Positions 21,246-32,856 of a stretch of 64,000 nucleotides of DNA are shown here, in pieces (positions within the stretch are counted from its first letter, which is position 1; each line of letters opens with the position of its first letter). A program made the translations under genes and the position numbers. The notes under the pieces were generated by a model. That model had not been told where the DNA came from and searched no databases. It saw nothing but the letters and a program-made list of their open reading frames with translations. Source of the stretch: Cladosporium halotolerans (Eukaryota); the NCBI RefSeq assembly GCF_011745625.1, contig NW_027191455.1, positions 186,001-250,000 on the forward strand, read 5' to 3'.

Positions 21246-23873
21246 ATGGCAGCCACCGCGCGCTCAATGGCTGCTCCCGTGACGCCAGAGCCAATGTCGC
21301 CGGGGCGCATGTCGGTGAATGAAGGCGGCTCGAGTCGCGCATCCGCGCGTGGACGCGACTCGGGTAGCAGCAGACGAGGCAACGACGCAGGAAACCGGAT
21401 GACAAGAACGCCTGACAGTGCGATGGGGCAAGCGGAATCGCACGAAATGCTTCGACAGCGCAGTGCCGCTATCCGCAATGCCTCGCGACAGGCGACCGAG
21501 CCCAGGAAGCGTGGCACTCTCCCACGCGTCTCAGGTGGCCCGTATACCGTGCCAGCCCAACGTAGGCTCAACAGCAACGTATTATCTGGAGAGGGCATCT
21601 ACGATCTCCCGTCGGACGAAGATGAAACCCTGCCGAGGAACAGACGCAAACCTTTTCGGCAGTCGTTCTCGCCGTTGAAGCGGCATGTCCGGCAGTCGTC
21701 GCGTACGCTTGAAGAGGCTATTAGGGATGACCAGCTTCGAGCTAGCGCGCAACTGGTGCAAGAGGACGAGCTCGCCAATGTTGATCAGCTGAACGAGGAA
21801 GAGGAAGAAGAAGTTGCAAATCAAAGGAGGAAATCGCCGAGAAAGCAAAGAGATGCGCCGTTGGCGGCTGAAGACCCGGCGCAAGGTAACATGTACAGAG
21901 ACTTCTTTACGGATGCTCAGGTTCGAGCAGCGCAGATATCACAAGATCAAGGCAACTCCAATGACATAATAGTCGTGGCCACCAGCAGTCCAGCATCACC
22001 CGCCGACGAGAGCGATGAAGTGGATCAAGAGGCGGTAGACGAGCTTGAGCGTGATGCCAATGCCGAAAAAGCGCGGCGAAGCCCCAGGAAGAAGGGGCAC
22101 CCGTCCAAATTGGCACCAGAATCAAGCCGTCAATCGCCTAGAAAGCGTGGACGACCGCGGAAACAAATCGATCACGACGAGGATCGACAAAACAGCAGGC
22201 GTGTGAAACCTGTAGCTGAGCCACAGCGTGCCACAAAGGGTAAGAGGAAGCGTGGAAGTAATTCAGAGGAAATTGAAGAGAGTCCGCAGTTTTCAGATTC
22301 GATGCATGAGAGGTCTGACCGTGGAAATGGAGGCCAGGAGGGGGACGGCCAATCCCGAAAGGCCAGAGTGACGAGAGAGTTTGCAAAACAAGTAAATGCT
22401 GCGAAACACGACGTTTCTAGCAAGACGACAGATGCGCGGAAGTCGAAAAGACAAAAGCAGTTTTCGGTACGCTCGCAAGCTGCATTCAGTGCTCGGGACA
22501 AACGGCCTGGTACAGGACGCGCCGCGCAGAGAGAAGAAATTCGGCACGAGGGTGATGATTTGGAGAGTGAGCAGCCCGATCTGCAGGACAATCACGAAGT
22601 GGAAGATTATTCTACACCTCAGCAAGAAGATCAAGACGAGGAGGAAGCAAGCGAAGAAGACGATGAATCTAGCAACGACTCAGAGGGTCACAGCGCGTCT
22701 GATGAGTCTTCTGACGGTGTCGAATACGAGTATCGCCTTTATGGCAGATGGGACCTTCTCCGCGCCATGGTACACGAAGCAGCGAAACACAGGAGAGCCA
22801 AGGTCCGCATCAATGACGATGTTTTCAAGCAGGCAATTCAGAGCTGCAATGATGCAGTGGCTACATTGGGTACCCTCGCAAAAGATGCCAGCACCAGTGA
22901 TCACAGAGAGGCTTTCCTGAGTTTCAAAAACGCAATGAAGAAAGGTCGAGACGCCTGCGGCAATGGCAGCGTTGAACTCGATTTCACTGATGAGCAGAAA
23001 ACGAAAAGGAGAGGCTATCACATTTACGAACACCTCATGCCGGCTCTGACGAGGGTGCTGAAGGCTTCCATCGTGTACTACGAGCAGTTGGACATAGTGT
23101 GCGACGGGAAACGGCAAATATCCCTGGCACACCTCCGAACCATCCTTGACTTTACGGGGGACTTTTGCGATACCACCACGCACATATATGAAAACTATCG
23201 CGAATTGAGCAAGCCGATCAAGCAAAAAGTCCACGCAGGGATCGCCTTACCCCTGCGAGAGCTGCATACCGCGCTGGACAGAACCTACAGAGCAGAACTT
23301 GCGAAAAGAAAACAGAGAGAAGATGGTGAGCGAATGGCCCGCGACATGGCCGCCCGGGACAAAGAGCAGGAACGCCTTGAGAGGCCCAGAAAGACATTAA
23401 TCGAACACCGCACGAAATGGCAACGCCTCAACATGGAGCGCATAGTCATTGCGGACACGTTCGATTCGCGCAAGCTGCGTCACCTCAGATCCTGCCCCAG
23501 CAGCTTGATAGAGGTCGACGAATTTGGCGGGTGCTACTTGAACGATCAGGCACGCGCGCAAGACCTCGCACTGCCGAAGTGGAAGATGCGGGAGCTGGAG
23601 GCTTTGGAGGATGGGCTTCGGAGATATGCCGATGCGGAGGACTCAGGGCCTGTCGACAGCATGGTCTTCGACAGTATTATTCGCGACAAGTGTAGGCCTG
23701 GCGGAGAGCTCACTGAGAGGAATTTGTTGGAAATCGTCGTGACGGCCAGTGACTTGAGGGAATTTTGGGTGGCTTCGAGGCGAAAAGCAGGTCTGGATGT
23801 GGAGCTTTGGATTGAGAGGATTCCGAGGTGGTTGAGACCGGATAGTGGGACGGTCGTCATCGATGATGATTGA
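21246..23873 (+). CDS. Large basic/acidic low-complexity nuclear protein with AT-hook and possible C-terminal Myb/SANT-like domain
   Basis: 875-aa uninterrupted ORF; 'KRGRPRK' AT-hook, repeated SPRK motifs, acidic tract, 'WKMRELEALEDGLRRY'. Confidence 0.75.
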   Translation: MAATARSMAAPVTPEPMSPGRMSVNEGGSSRASARGRDSGSSRRGNDAGNRMTRTPDSAMGQAESHEMLRQRSAAIRNASRQATEPRKRGTLPRVSGGPYTVPAQRRLNSNVLSGEGIYDLPSDEDETLPRNRRKPFRQSFSPLKRHVRQSSRTLEEAIRDDQLRASAQLVQEDELANVDQLNEEEEEEVANQRRKSPRKQRDAPLAAEDPAQGNMYRDFFTDAQVRAAQISQDQGNSNDIIVVATSSPASPADESDEVDQEAVDELERDANAEKARRSPRKKGHPSKLAPESSRQSPRKRGRPRKQIDHDEDRQNSRRVKPVAEPQRATKGKRKRGSNSEEIEESPQFSDSMHERSDRGNGGQEGDGQSRKARVTREFAKQVNAAKHDVSSKTTDARKSKRQKQFSVRSQAAFSARDKRPGTGRAAQREEIRHEGDDLESEQPDLQDNHEVEDYSTPQQEDQDEEEASEEDDESSNDSEGHSASDESSDGVEYEYRLYGRWDLLRAMVHEAAKHRRAKVRINDDVFKQAIQSCNDAVATLGTLAKDASTSDHREAFLSFKNAMKKGRDACGNGSVELDFTDEQKTKRRGYHIYEHLMPALTRVLKASIVYYEQLDIVCDGKRQISLAHLRTILDFTGDFCDTTTHIYENYRELSKPIKQKVHAGIALPLRELHTALDRTYRAELAKRKQREDGERMARDMAARDKEQERLERPRKTLIEHRTKWQRLNMERIVIADTFDSRKLRHLRSCPSSLIEVDEFGGCYLNDQARAQDLALPKWKMRELEALEDGLRRYADAEDSGPVDSMVFDSIIRDKCRPGGELTERNLLEIVVTASDLREFWVASRRKAGLDVELWIERIPRWLRPDSGTVVIDDD

Positions 23874-25725
23874 TTTGGGGTGTAACAGTATGTGCTGAGT
23901 GCCTGAGGACGGCGTCTCATTTTTTTATTTGGCTTTGTGCTTTCCATGTTAGAGCTAGCTTGATACCCCTCCCTGCGAAGACCTGATTGATGACACGGCA
24001 ACAATAGCTACATACAACCACGTGATCGTCCCGAGCTGTGGGAGGCAAACTTGAACAATGGACGTGTCCTCCCGGGCTTTGGGCTCCTCGCCTGGCACAA
24101 CAAGTTGACATGCGACACCTACCGAAACGGCACATTGAACCTGCCGACATGACCTGGATGATGGGCTTTTGGAATCGAGATACAATATGCCATCCACACC
24201 ATCTGGATCGTATCATCGCCCCCTCCCCACACGGCGATAATGCCGCTCCCACCCTCACCAATGGCAGTTTGCAGTGTCCTGGAGGTCCAATGCGATTTCT
24301 GCAGTCGATCAGCACTAAGCGGCGCATGGCCACGTAGATTCGCGCATGGCACGCCGGGACGCACGCCTCGCGGTCCACCGTCGGACGGGAGATGCGGTGG
24401 TCGTGGAGAGCTGGCAGGCCGTGCTCCCTTCTGCTCTGTGGGCACCGGGCAGGTCGCCGTGGCCGCTGGGTCGCGGCCGCGGCTTGGCGAGGGCGCTTGG
24501 AAGTGTGCATGCATGCAACATGCATGTCTCAAGACGACGCTGTCTGTACCGCGACACGGGATGTCTGGCCTCGCTGGTGTACAGGCGTCGCACCAATCGT
24601 CGCGGCTCGTCTGCGTGCTGGGTGCAGTAGCGCTGCCTGCCGACGTGGCCGCACATGCACCCGGCCGCAAGCAGCAGCGCGCACAGCAAATCAGGGCGTC
24701 GGCACGGCAGCCCGACAGGCCCCGACAGCGTCGCCGCAGCCCCGACAGCGCCCAGCGCCCCCCTCCAACACCGGCCTGCGCTCGTGATCGCGTCTCGCAG
24801 CGCGCGCCGCTGCCAGCACCAGCACCAGCCCGCATGCCCTGCCATGCCATTTCTATGTGCTGACGGCCACACGGCCGCTCTCTCGCCCTCGCCCTCACCA
24901 CCTGGCCTCCACTCTGTCTCACTGCCCGCGCAGCCGCCCGTTATCGCATCTGATCCTTCACGCCAGCCGCCGCCCCGTCGCCGCGCTGTTGTTTGCCCGT
25001 TGCTCGTTGCTCATCAATCACATCACTGCTCGCCGCCGTCTGCCTCACTCACTTCCCTGCCTCGCCTGCCTCGCGCGCCTCCCGTCGCCAGTCACCACCC
25101 TCGGCTGGAGGATGCCGCGCTCGGCTCCTTGCAGCGCGCCCGTCCTCCCTCTGCCAGCAGCGACTCGGAGCGTCGCCTTCGCCGCCAGCACCATGTAAGG
25201 CCGCTCTCGAGCCATCGCCCCATCGCAGCCCACGTCTTCCCCGCGTCGCATCGTCCCACCGCGAGCGATGCGTGAGCCCTATGTCCACGCCCGCGCGCGT
25301 CAGGAAGAACGCCTCGTCGAGGACGAGGCAACCGCTCCAGCTCGTACGTGTCTCCCCCGGCTTCCTCTTTGCCTTGTCCGCGCAGTAGCAGCCTCTGCCG
25401 CGCTTGTCTGGGCCCGCCGCTGCACCACTCAGACCTCGATCACGCCCGCGCCGCCCCGGAGCCTACATGCTGTACTGATGAGCTGGCATTGCCGCTGCCA
25501 TCTGTCAAGCATACTCGCTAACTCTCCTGCCCCTTCGCAGCCGTGTCACCTCCCATGAGCTCTTGTCATGTCTGCCCTCGACGCTCATCAATGCCTGGGC
25601 TCTCTCCGCGCTCGCTGGACCGCCCTCCAGGACGTTCTTTCCTTTTCACTTGCTCCGCGCCAAGTCCCTTAGATACCCCCACCCCTCCTCTCTTGCCTCG
25701 TCCGGCTTCTACTCCCTTGCTGGAC

Positions 25726-28700
25726 ATGGCCATCAGGCCCGCTCATTCCGTGGACACCGTTCGCCCCGAGGATGATCTTCACCCAAAGCTTGCGAATGGA
25801 ACCATCCCGGCCACGGACATGCCCTCGATCCCGGATGGTCAAGTCCAGCCGCCGGCGGTACCCGACTTGGTAGCTCCTCCTGCTCCTGTTCCAGATCTGG
25901 ACCATGTCTCCCAACTCCTTCGCCAGGCAAAGTACCAGAAGCAGCGGCGTATGCAGATTCAACGTCTCTTTCATCGTTTGCAAACAGCCGTTTCCCGGAC
26001 CCAGCGCCTGGCAATTGCCTCTCGACATGTGCGCCGGACGCTCGCCGATTGTCTGCGGTCGGAAGACAAACATAGCTTTGCCCATTTGTTTAACACGTTC
26101 CATAGCGCTTGTGCTCAGACAGCGCTCCTCCCATCGACTGGCTCACACACTCCGGACCCTGCCCCTGACAGTGTTGACAGCCATCCTGATGGATTCCTGA
26201 ATGACCTCTCATCTTCCTCACGGGAGACCATCCTACAACTACTCACACGTCTACGGTACGATGAAGAGTTTGTCGCTGACCGTATAGCATCACTTAGCCA
26301 AATGGAACTACTAGCGCTCTTGTCCGACGGAAGCTTCTCGCGTCGCGCAGAATCTGTCCTTGGCGGATCCCAAAGGACGAGCACAAGGAGTGCAAAGCCT
26401 TTGGGATATGTCGTCGACCGTATCGTCGACGACATCACCGCCGGCAGTTTCAGGAATCCCTTGGAGACGCTGGTCCATCTTCACGATCTCACATGCCGGA
26501 ACTCCCTGGCACACTCGCGCTCGGCAAGTCTGTGGGCCACGGTGGCCGCCCGGCTCATAGCCGACAAAGCTCAAGGAGGTGACCGGGTGACCTCTGCCTT
26601 GCTGGACATCTGGTCTTTTCAGGCAGAATGGCCGGGCAAGGACAGGCTTCGGATTTGGATGCTCCACACCTTGCGACGAGGCCAGTTTCTTACGGAGCAG
26701 CCCAGCAAACAGTCTTTCCGGATGCGAGCCCAGGGACAGGCAGACCTCTCTGCGGAAGAGACTGCACGCACTGAAGCTTTCTATAAGGACTCCGTCGACG
26801 AGCTGCTGACACTTCTAGGCGACTCTGAAGGCCCAAGTGTCATTCCCGACGGAGCTCGGGAACTGGCTCACGCCATTCATGACAAGCTTGGCGACATATT
26901 CGAGCACCGAAAGGTCCTCCCAAGGTTCTTGACCACTCGCTGGCTCTTTGGCTCTTTCCTCATGGACCTGCTGGTTTTGCCGGAAAGCCATGGGTTGTTG
27001 AGCAGTCATTATGTTACAGACATTGCCCGACAAAAGATACTGCGAGAGGTAGCGGCGCGGTCTCAGAAAGTCGTCTTTGATGTCATCTACGCCTGGTATC
27101 GTTCCACAAATGTAGACTCTCGGGTAGAACTGACTTTCCACAGGAAAAATGGCAGCATCTTGTCTGTCGGGACTGTTGATCGTGTGCAAAAAGTCATTGC
27201 CAGATTCGACTTCTCAAATGTCCAGCGTAATGCCTCGTCCGGTGCCGGCTCTGCTTCGGCTGATACTCTGTCTGCCGAACAATTCGTGGTCTTGTCTCCA
27301 GCGGATGTGTTGTCCGTTATGAACAGCCTGTACCCTGCAAGGAGGCCAGTCTCGGTCTCGTCAGATCACGACACACTTCGTTCTGGCCTGCAGTCCTCTG
27401 CCTCTTCCATTTCCGGTTTCTCTTTGTTCCGCGCGACTGAGACACCAGCTCCCTCATGGCCTGCCACGCCTTCTTTGCCTTTTGCTGCAGCGTCTCCAGG
27501 TCGCTTGTTGCCGCCGTTCGAGGGTGTGAACGAGCCCGAGCCCTTGAACAGACCTGCCGCGGACTTCGATCCGGACGTCATGGATGCTCGATCCGAGCTT
27601 GAGGAATACGTCGCTGCGCACCGAACAAACGATGTGACGCGGTGGGCTCTTGTTGTCTCTGATGAGAGGACTTGCCAACTTTACACATGTACCGAATTGT
27701 TCTCTCGCGAGAGGCATCACTCGACACTGCCCCGGAAGCATGCTACGGCGGGAGACCTTTCTCAACTGACTCCTACTGACATAGCTGCGATTGAAACATT
27801 GTTGAGCAGCGCCCATGACAGTGATGTTCCTCTGCCTTCCATGAACTCAACTGCGCTCGATGAATCATTAAAGTTGTCTACCAGGCTACTAGATTTATTC
27901 GATGCGAAAGTCGCAGAGAGCGAAGCAAGGTCCGACTTTGTCTCGGCACACACGTGGTTGCGCCATACAGAAGCCGTCGAAGATCTAATTGCTTTGCACG
28001 GTCCGGATGCTCTTACATGCATTGTTCGGGAGATTGAAGACACGGCTCAAGCTTCACTCAACACATCTTCCGCCATCTCCGATCTTTGCAACGGCTGGGT
28101 TGGTCATGTTCAGCCTACGCTTCAATCAGCATCGTCGCGGGTGGAAAGAGCAATTCGATCCCAAAATACGCTCAGAACCAAGATGTGGTACAGCGCCGAC
28201 GTCCGGACTTCTTCAGCGTATGATAATCTCCGCGCAATCACCTCTGCCCTGCGGGTTATGGGCAAGTCTCGTCGCTCGAACAGTACGAAACAAGCGCCGC
28301 CCCTGCGGCATTGGAATGGAACTAGAGTTTCCAACCAGAATATCCATCTCAAATCTGAGGCACGAATTCTCGAGCTGCTAGGGACAGTCCCCGAATACGG
28401 CGGCCCAAACAAGCTGAGCGACGAGCAGTCACGTCTGACGCTCGCTTGGCTGAGGCGCAACGATATCGAGGTCCTCTGCACTGGCGAGGAAAGACTTCAC
28501 AAGCTTTGCATGGAGCTACGGAAATGTGTAGAGCAATTGGTCACCTCGCCTCAGCAAGAGAACCCTCTCTTGTGGTCGAACGCACTGTTCGCTCACGAGT
28601 CCAACCTCACGCCGCGTTCAGCAACGCCGAATGCTCGTCTCTTCACTCAAGAGTCCACTCCTCGCCGATTCGACTTGCTGTCGCTGCACACTGGCCAGCT

Positions 28701-30018
28701 GGCAGTCGTCGACAGCATCTCGAACGCTTCACGGACATTGTCGAGCTCGAGTTCCAGAGATCACTTTGACAGAAGTCCCACTTTAGCAACTACATCATCT
28801 AACACTTTTTGGTCTCCCACAGCCACTGAGATACGATCGCCATCAAGCACGACCACCATAGCATCACAACCTGGAAAAGGCTTCCAACCCTCGCCTCGCA
28901 GGCCCACTACCGCCACTACCAGTCGAGATTCGCATACGCTAGACGCTCTCCGAGAGGAAGTCACCGGCCTGCTACTGAGCGACATAGGCTCAGGCCTCTT
29001 CGTGGAGGGCAGTGAGACAGACAGCGCCTTCTTTGCTGGTCTTGGTGGTGATCTGACCGAGCAGCACCTCGAGTCAATAACAAGATTCACGGACATGGAC
29101 ACAGCAGTCCAAGAGCCTTCCGTCAATGGTCTCCACCACGCACTCAGACGCCGCACAAGCTTTGACTTTGAGCATGCATTCAAAGCGATCTTTGAGATGT
29201 TTGCGACTGACTGCAACCCGTATGCGAAGCTGAAGCATTTGAGTGAGGTGCAGAAACTTCTGCGGCCTTACTTGACACAGCGGAGACATTTCATCAAACC
29301 CACCTCGCCAGAAGACCAGACCGACCAGCATGTGCGATCAGTCGCTGGCAAGCATTTGACGCCTAGCTCCAGTCTACTTACCGAGGGATTCTACATCCTC
29401 TTCTCACAACGGAATCTACGCCCACAAGCCCTCTTTCGCGACCTACAATACATAGCATCTCTCATACCCAGTAGCACACTAGACAGCTCGCCCCACGGCC
29501 CGGGGTTTTGGAACGCCGCAGCAGCAGTGCTCCGCCTGAAGTCCGAAGCAAGCAAGAAGCTCGTCGAGACCGCCGACAGCATCATCGACTACCACACCAA
29601 CAACCGCGGCCACGGCCGCTCCGCCTCCTCCGCCCAGCAGCAACGCGACTCCGCCACCTTCTCCGCGCCCTCGCGCACCCCCTCCGCCGAGCTCATCGCC
29701 CACTACAGCATGGCCGACGCCGCCCTCCTGCTGCAGATCACGGCCCGCGAAGGCGACCCCGCCGCCCAGCGCGAGCTCGCCACCCTCTACCTCACGCACC
29801 CGGAGCTCATGGACCCCGTCGTCGCGCCTTTCGCGCTGCCCAGCGAGGTCTTCCGCGACGAGATCGAGGGCCGCTGGAAGCGCGACCGCGACCCGGAGAG
29901 GTGCGACCCCAGGACCATGTGCGTCGCGCACCACTGGATGGTCTTGGGCGCGAAGCGGGGCGATGCGCTGGCGAGGGAGTTCCTGAGGCAGAGGGAGGAG
30001 ATGGAGAGGTTGCCTTGA
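25726..30018 (+). CDS. Large conserved-looking fungal protein of unknown function (C-terminal Sel1/TPR-like helix pair; possibly VPS9-like region); probable in-frame intron 27096-27143
   Basis: More than 1400 codons open; 'AREGDPAAQRELATLYL...HWMVLGAKRGDALA' is Sel1-like; start codon uncertain. Confidence 0.75.
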   Translation: MAIRPAHSVDTVRPEDDLHPKLANGTIPATDMPSIPDGQVQPPAVPDLVAPPAPVPDLDHVSQLLRQAKYQKQRRMQIQRLFHRLQTAVSRTQRLAIASRHVRRTLADCLRSEDKHSFAHLFNTFHSACAQTALLPSTGSHTPDPAPDSVDSHPDGFLNDLSSSSRETILQLLTRLRYDEEFVADRIASLSQMELLALLSDGSFSRRAESVLGGSQRTSTRSAKPLGYVVDRIVDDITAGSFRNPLETLVHLHDLTCRNSLAHSRSASLWATVAARLIADKAQGGDRVTSALLDIWSFQAEWPGKDRLRIWMLHTLRRGQFLTEQPSKQSFRMRAQGQADLSAEETARTEAFYKDSVDELLTLLGDSEGPSVIPDGARELAHAIHDKLGDIFEHRKVLPRFLTTRWLFGSFLMDLLVLPESHGLLSSHYVTDIARQKILREVAARSQKVVFDVIYAWYRSTNVDSRVELTFHRKNGSILSVGTVDRVQKVIARFDFSNVQRNASSGAGSASADTLSAEQFVVLSPADVLSVMNSLYPARRPVSVSSDHDTLRSGLQSSASSISGFSLFRATETPAPSWPATPSLPFAAASPGRLLPPFEGVNEPEPLNRPAADFDPDVMDARSELEEYVAAHRTNDVTRWALVVSDERTCQLYTCTELFSRERHHSTLPRKHATAGDLSQLTPTDIAAIETLLSSAHDSDVPLPSMNSTALDESLKLSTRLLDLFDAKVAESEARSDFVSAHTWLRHTEAVEDLIALHGPDALTCIVREIEDTAQASLNTSSAISDLCNGWVGHVQPTLQSASSRVERAIRSQNTLRTKMWYSADVRTSSAYDNLRAITSALRVMGKSRRSNSTKQAPPLRHWNGTRVSNQNIHLKSEARILELLGTVPEYGGPNKLSDEQSRLTLAWLRRNDIEVLCTGEERLHKLCMELRKCVEQLVTSPQQENPLLWSNALFAHESNLTPRSATPNARLFTQESTPRRFDLLSLHTGQLAVVDSISNASRTLSSSSSRDHFDRSPTLATTSSNTFWSPTATEIRSPSSTTTIASQPGKGFQPSPRRPTTATTSRDSHTLDALREEVTGLLLSDIGSGLFVEGSETDSAFFAGLGGDLTEQHLESITRFTDMDTAVQEPSVNGLHHALRRRTSFDFEHAFKAIFEMFATDCNPYAKLKHLSEVQKLLRPYLTQRRHFIKPTSPEDQTDQHVRSVAGKHLTPSSSLLTEGFYILFSQRNLRPQALFRDLQYIASLIPSSTLDSSPHGPGFWNAAAAVLRLKSEASKKLVETADSIIDYHTNNRGHGRSASSAQQQRDSATFSAPSRTPSAELIAHYSMADAALLLQITAREGDPAAQRELATLYLTHPELMDPVVAPFALPSEVFRDEIEGRWKRDRDPERCDPRTMCVAHHWMVLGAKRGDALAREFLRQREEMERLP

Positions 30019-31067
30019 TTTCCGATCGTTGCGTTTCATATCTTTATTTTTTTCCAACCGCCTTCTGCAATCTCATGGGTGTGAAGCAATGCGAAGCGTG
30101 GCGTTGGCGGCGCGAGTGAGATTGATGGTTTCCTGTCATGTTTCGCTTTTCGTGGTTCAATGGGTTCATGGTGACGTTCGGCATGCATTTTGTTGTTCCA
30201 TTGCTATCGTTGCATTTGCATTTTTTGCCACGGCATCCTGCCCCATCATGATGAGCGCGCACATATGACTCTTCGCCGAGCTAAGCAAGCAGATATGAGC
30301 TAACGAACATGTATCTATATTCTGTCGTATGGGAGCTTTTCCTTGATATCGTACCATACTTCAGGTACAAGAACGAATCGACGACCTAAGTCTCAAGAAT
30401 CTTGATACTGGCATACTGCAGATAAGATACCAACGGAGTCGGCGAGCCCCGTGACCAGGCTTCGAAGGCGCTAGGGTCGTTTCGCTGTTATGTATCCACT
30501 ATTCCGTATCTCACCTACAGCCCATGCTTATCGCGCTACATTGTGTAGTCCAATATACAGTTCCGACTGATTTGAAAACTAGCTCCAATTGTGTCGCCGT
30601 ACCATTGACCTGGACCATTCCTCTCGGCTCAGCCGTGCCGGATATAAAAGTCTTCCCCCAAGCCTCGCGAGTCAAAGCTTGGCCGAGGCTTAGATTCCAC
30701 TCTGCCCCACTTTGACTAGCACTCTTCGCGCCCGCCGGACCCTTGCGCAGAAAAACGGTCTGGAGCAAAAGATTGGAGAGCTGGAAAAGATAAGAGCCTG
30801 CTTTTGGGCACGCGGTGTCCTGCCGCGGTTGCCGGCCGCCGGCCTTGTACCGTCATACCGCGGAGTAAGGTTAGGTAGGTGCACGTGGGTTGGTAAGGCC
30901 GGTTCCACTGCTTCTTCGCTCTTTCTGTTCTTCCTTCTTTCTGTTCTGCTCGTGTGACTTCGGCTTTCTTTCTTTTTTGTGTAATCTGCGACCACGATCT
31001 ATTCGATACTTTGGCACCCGCCGCCAGGAAGGAAGACTGAGGCACCGAGGACACATTTACGCGCAGA

Positions 31068-32856
31068 ATGGCCTCCCACGGGAACCCGGAGATTCTGGAG
31101 GCGCCGGCGCCAGAGAGGCCGCAGCGACCTCTTACTGCCGATGAAAAGCTTGCCCAGACGACCTTCGACGTAGAGTCTTCGCCTAAATCTTCAGAATGGG
31201 ACGGCACCAACGAGGCACCATACGACGCCCCGGCCACCGTCAAAGACGATGGCATCCTTGCGACAATGCGCAGATGGGAAGCGGCCATGGACCGAAAGCT
31301 GGGAATCGAAAGCCACGCGATTGACAGGAAGCTGCCTGAGGACAGGAAAGCCAAGATGACTTGGAGGGACAACTTGACCATGGCCGCGCTCTGGGCGAGT
31401 GGAACCATGAACCTGAGCTGCTTTGCTACGGGCTTCTTGGGCTGGAAGTTCGGCTTGGACTTGAAGTGAGCCTCCGCCCTGTCCTTCCTTGCCCTTGCTC
31501 TGTCTTGCAGATGTGCTACACCTCACCGATCACTACACTGTCAGAGCTGGGGCCAGCGAGCACCTTGTGTATGGATCTTTCGGGCACAGATGCTGACGAA
31601 CTCCCTCGCACAGGCAGAGCATTCTGATTGTGATTTTTGGCTCCATCCTCGGAGGCGCAGTCTCTGGCTTTTGCGCGACGCTAGGCGCCCCGACTGGTCT
31701 TCGCCAGATCTCTATTGGAAGGTACAGCTTTGGCTGGTACCCGAACAAGCTCGTCGCGCTCCTCAACACCATCCAGCAGATTGGTTGGAGTTCGGCTGGC
31801 TGCATCACGGGCGGTATTGCACTCAACGCCGTTGCAGATGGCAAAGTCAGCACGGCTCTTGGTATCGTCATAATTGCTATCTGCAGTTTGATCATCTCGT
31901 TCATCGGCATTAAGGCTATTCTGCCTTTTGAGCGCTATGCCTGGATCGTCTACCTGATCGTTTTCCTGATCATCCTCGGCCAGACTGGACCGTCTGCCGA
32001 TCCAACGCCCGGCACGGAACTCGAGGGAATGGAACTCAGTGGTACGGTCCTATCGCTCCTGGCCATTGTCTACGGCAGCTCGGCATCATGGGCGACCGCA
32101 GCCTCGGATTACTACGTACTCTACCCCACCAACACGAGCCGAACCAAAGTATTCATCCTCACCACTCTCGGAGTGGCCCTGCCCACCTCCTTCGGCATGG
32201 TCTCCGGCTGCGTCGTCTCATCCGCGCTCAACACCGAGCCCACCTGGAACGCAGCCTACACCGAAAATGGCGGCAGCGGGCTCGGCTTCCTGCTCCAAAC
32301 CGCCCTCTACCCCGTCGGCTTCGCCAAGTTCCTCCTCGTCCTGCTCGTCCTGAGCGGCATCAATTGCAACATCATCAACACGTACTCGGCCGCGCTGTCG
32401 TGCCAGCAGTTCGCGCGCCCCTTCGCCGCCGTGCCCCGCGTCATCTGGACCTTCGGCTGCTTCGCCGTCATCCTCGCCATCGCCCTCGCCGGTCGCGACC
32501 ACATCCTCGACTACCTCGAGAACTTCCTCTCCCTGCTCGGCTACTGGTGCACGTCCTACTTCGTCATCGTCGCCACGGAGCACTTTGTCTTCCGCAAAGC
32601 GAACATCGAGGCCAACTATGACCTCGAGGGCTGGAATGACCCCGCGCGCTTGCCGCTTGGTCTGGCCGCGCTGGCGAGTTTCTTGCTGGGTGTGGTGATG
32701 TGGTGTATGGGTATGGTGGAGACTTGGTTCGTCGGGCCTGTGGGTGGGCTGATCGGTGAGGGCGGAGGCGACGTGGCGAACGAGTTGACGTTTGCTGTTA
32801 CGCTGTTGGCGTATTTGCCGCTCAGGTGGGCGGAGTTGAAGTTCTTCAAGAGATGA
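31068..32856 (+). CDS. Purine-cytosine permease-like NCS1 transporter (Fcy2/Tpn1 family); intron 31466-31613
   Basis: 'LWASGTMNLSCFATG', 'GAPTGLRQI..RYSFG', 'WATAASDY', 'NIINTYS', 'LENFLSLLGYW'; about 12 TM segments. Confidence 0.88.

Noticed and set aside
23917..25560. Many Arg/Ala/Pro-rich ORFs up to 267 aa
   Set aside because: Expected by chance in very GC-rich non-coding DNA; no domain signal
31466..31613. Possible TPP riboswitch in a transporter intron
   Set aside because: Conserved aptamer elements (CUGAGA, GAUxxxG..AAU..C.GCG) are not present
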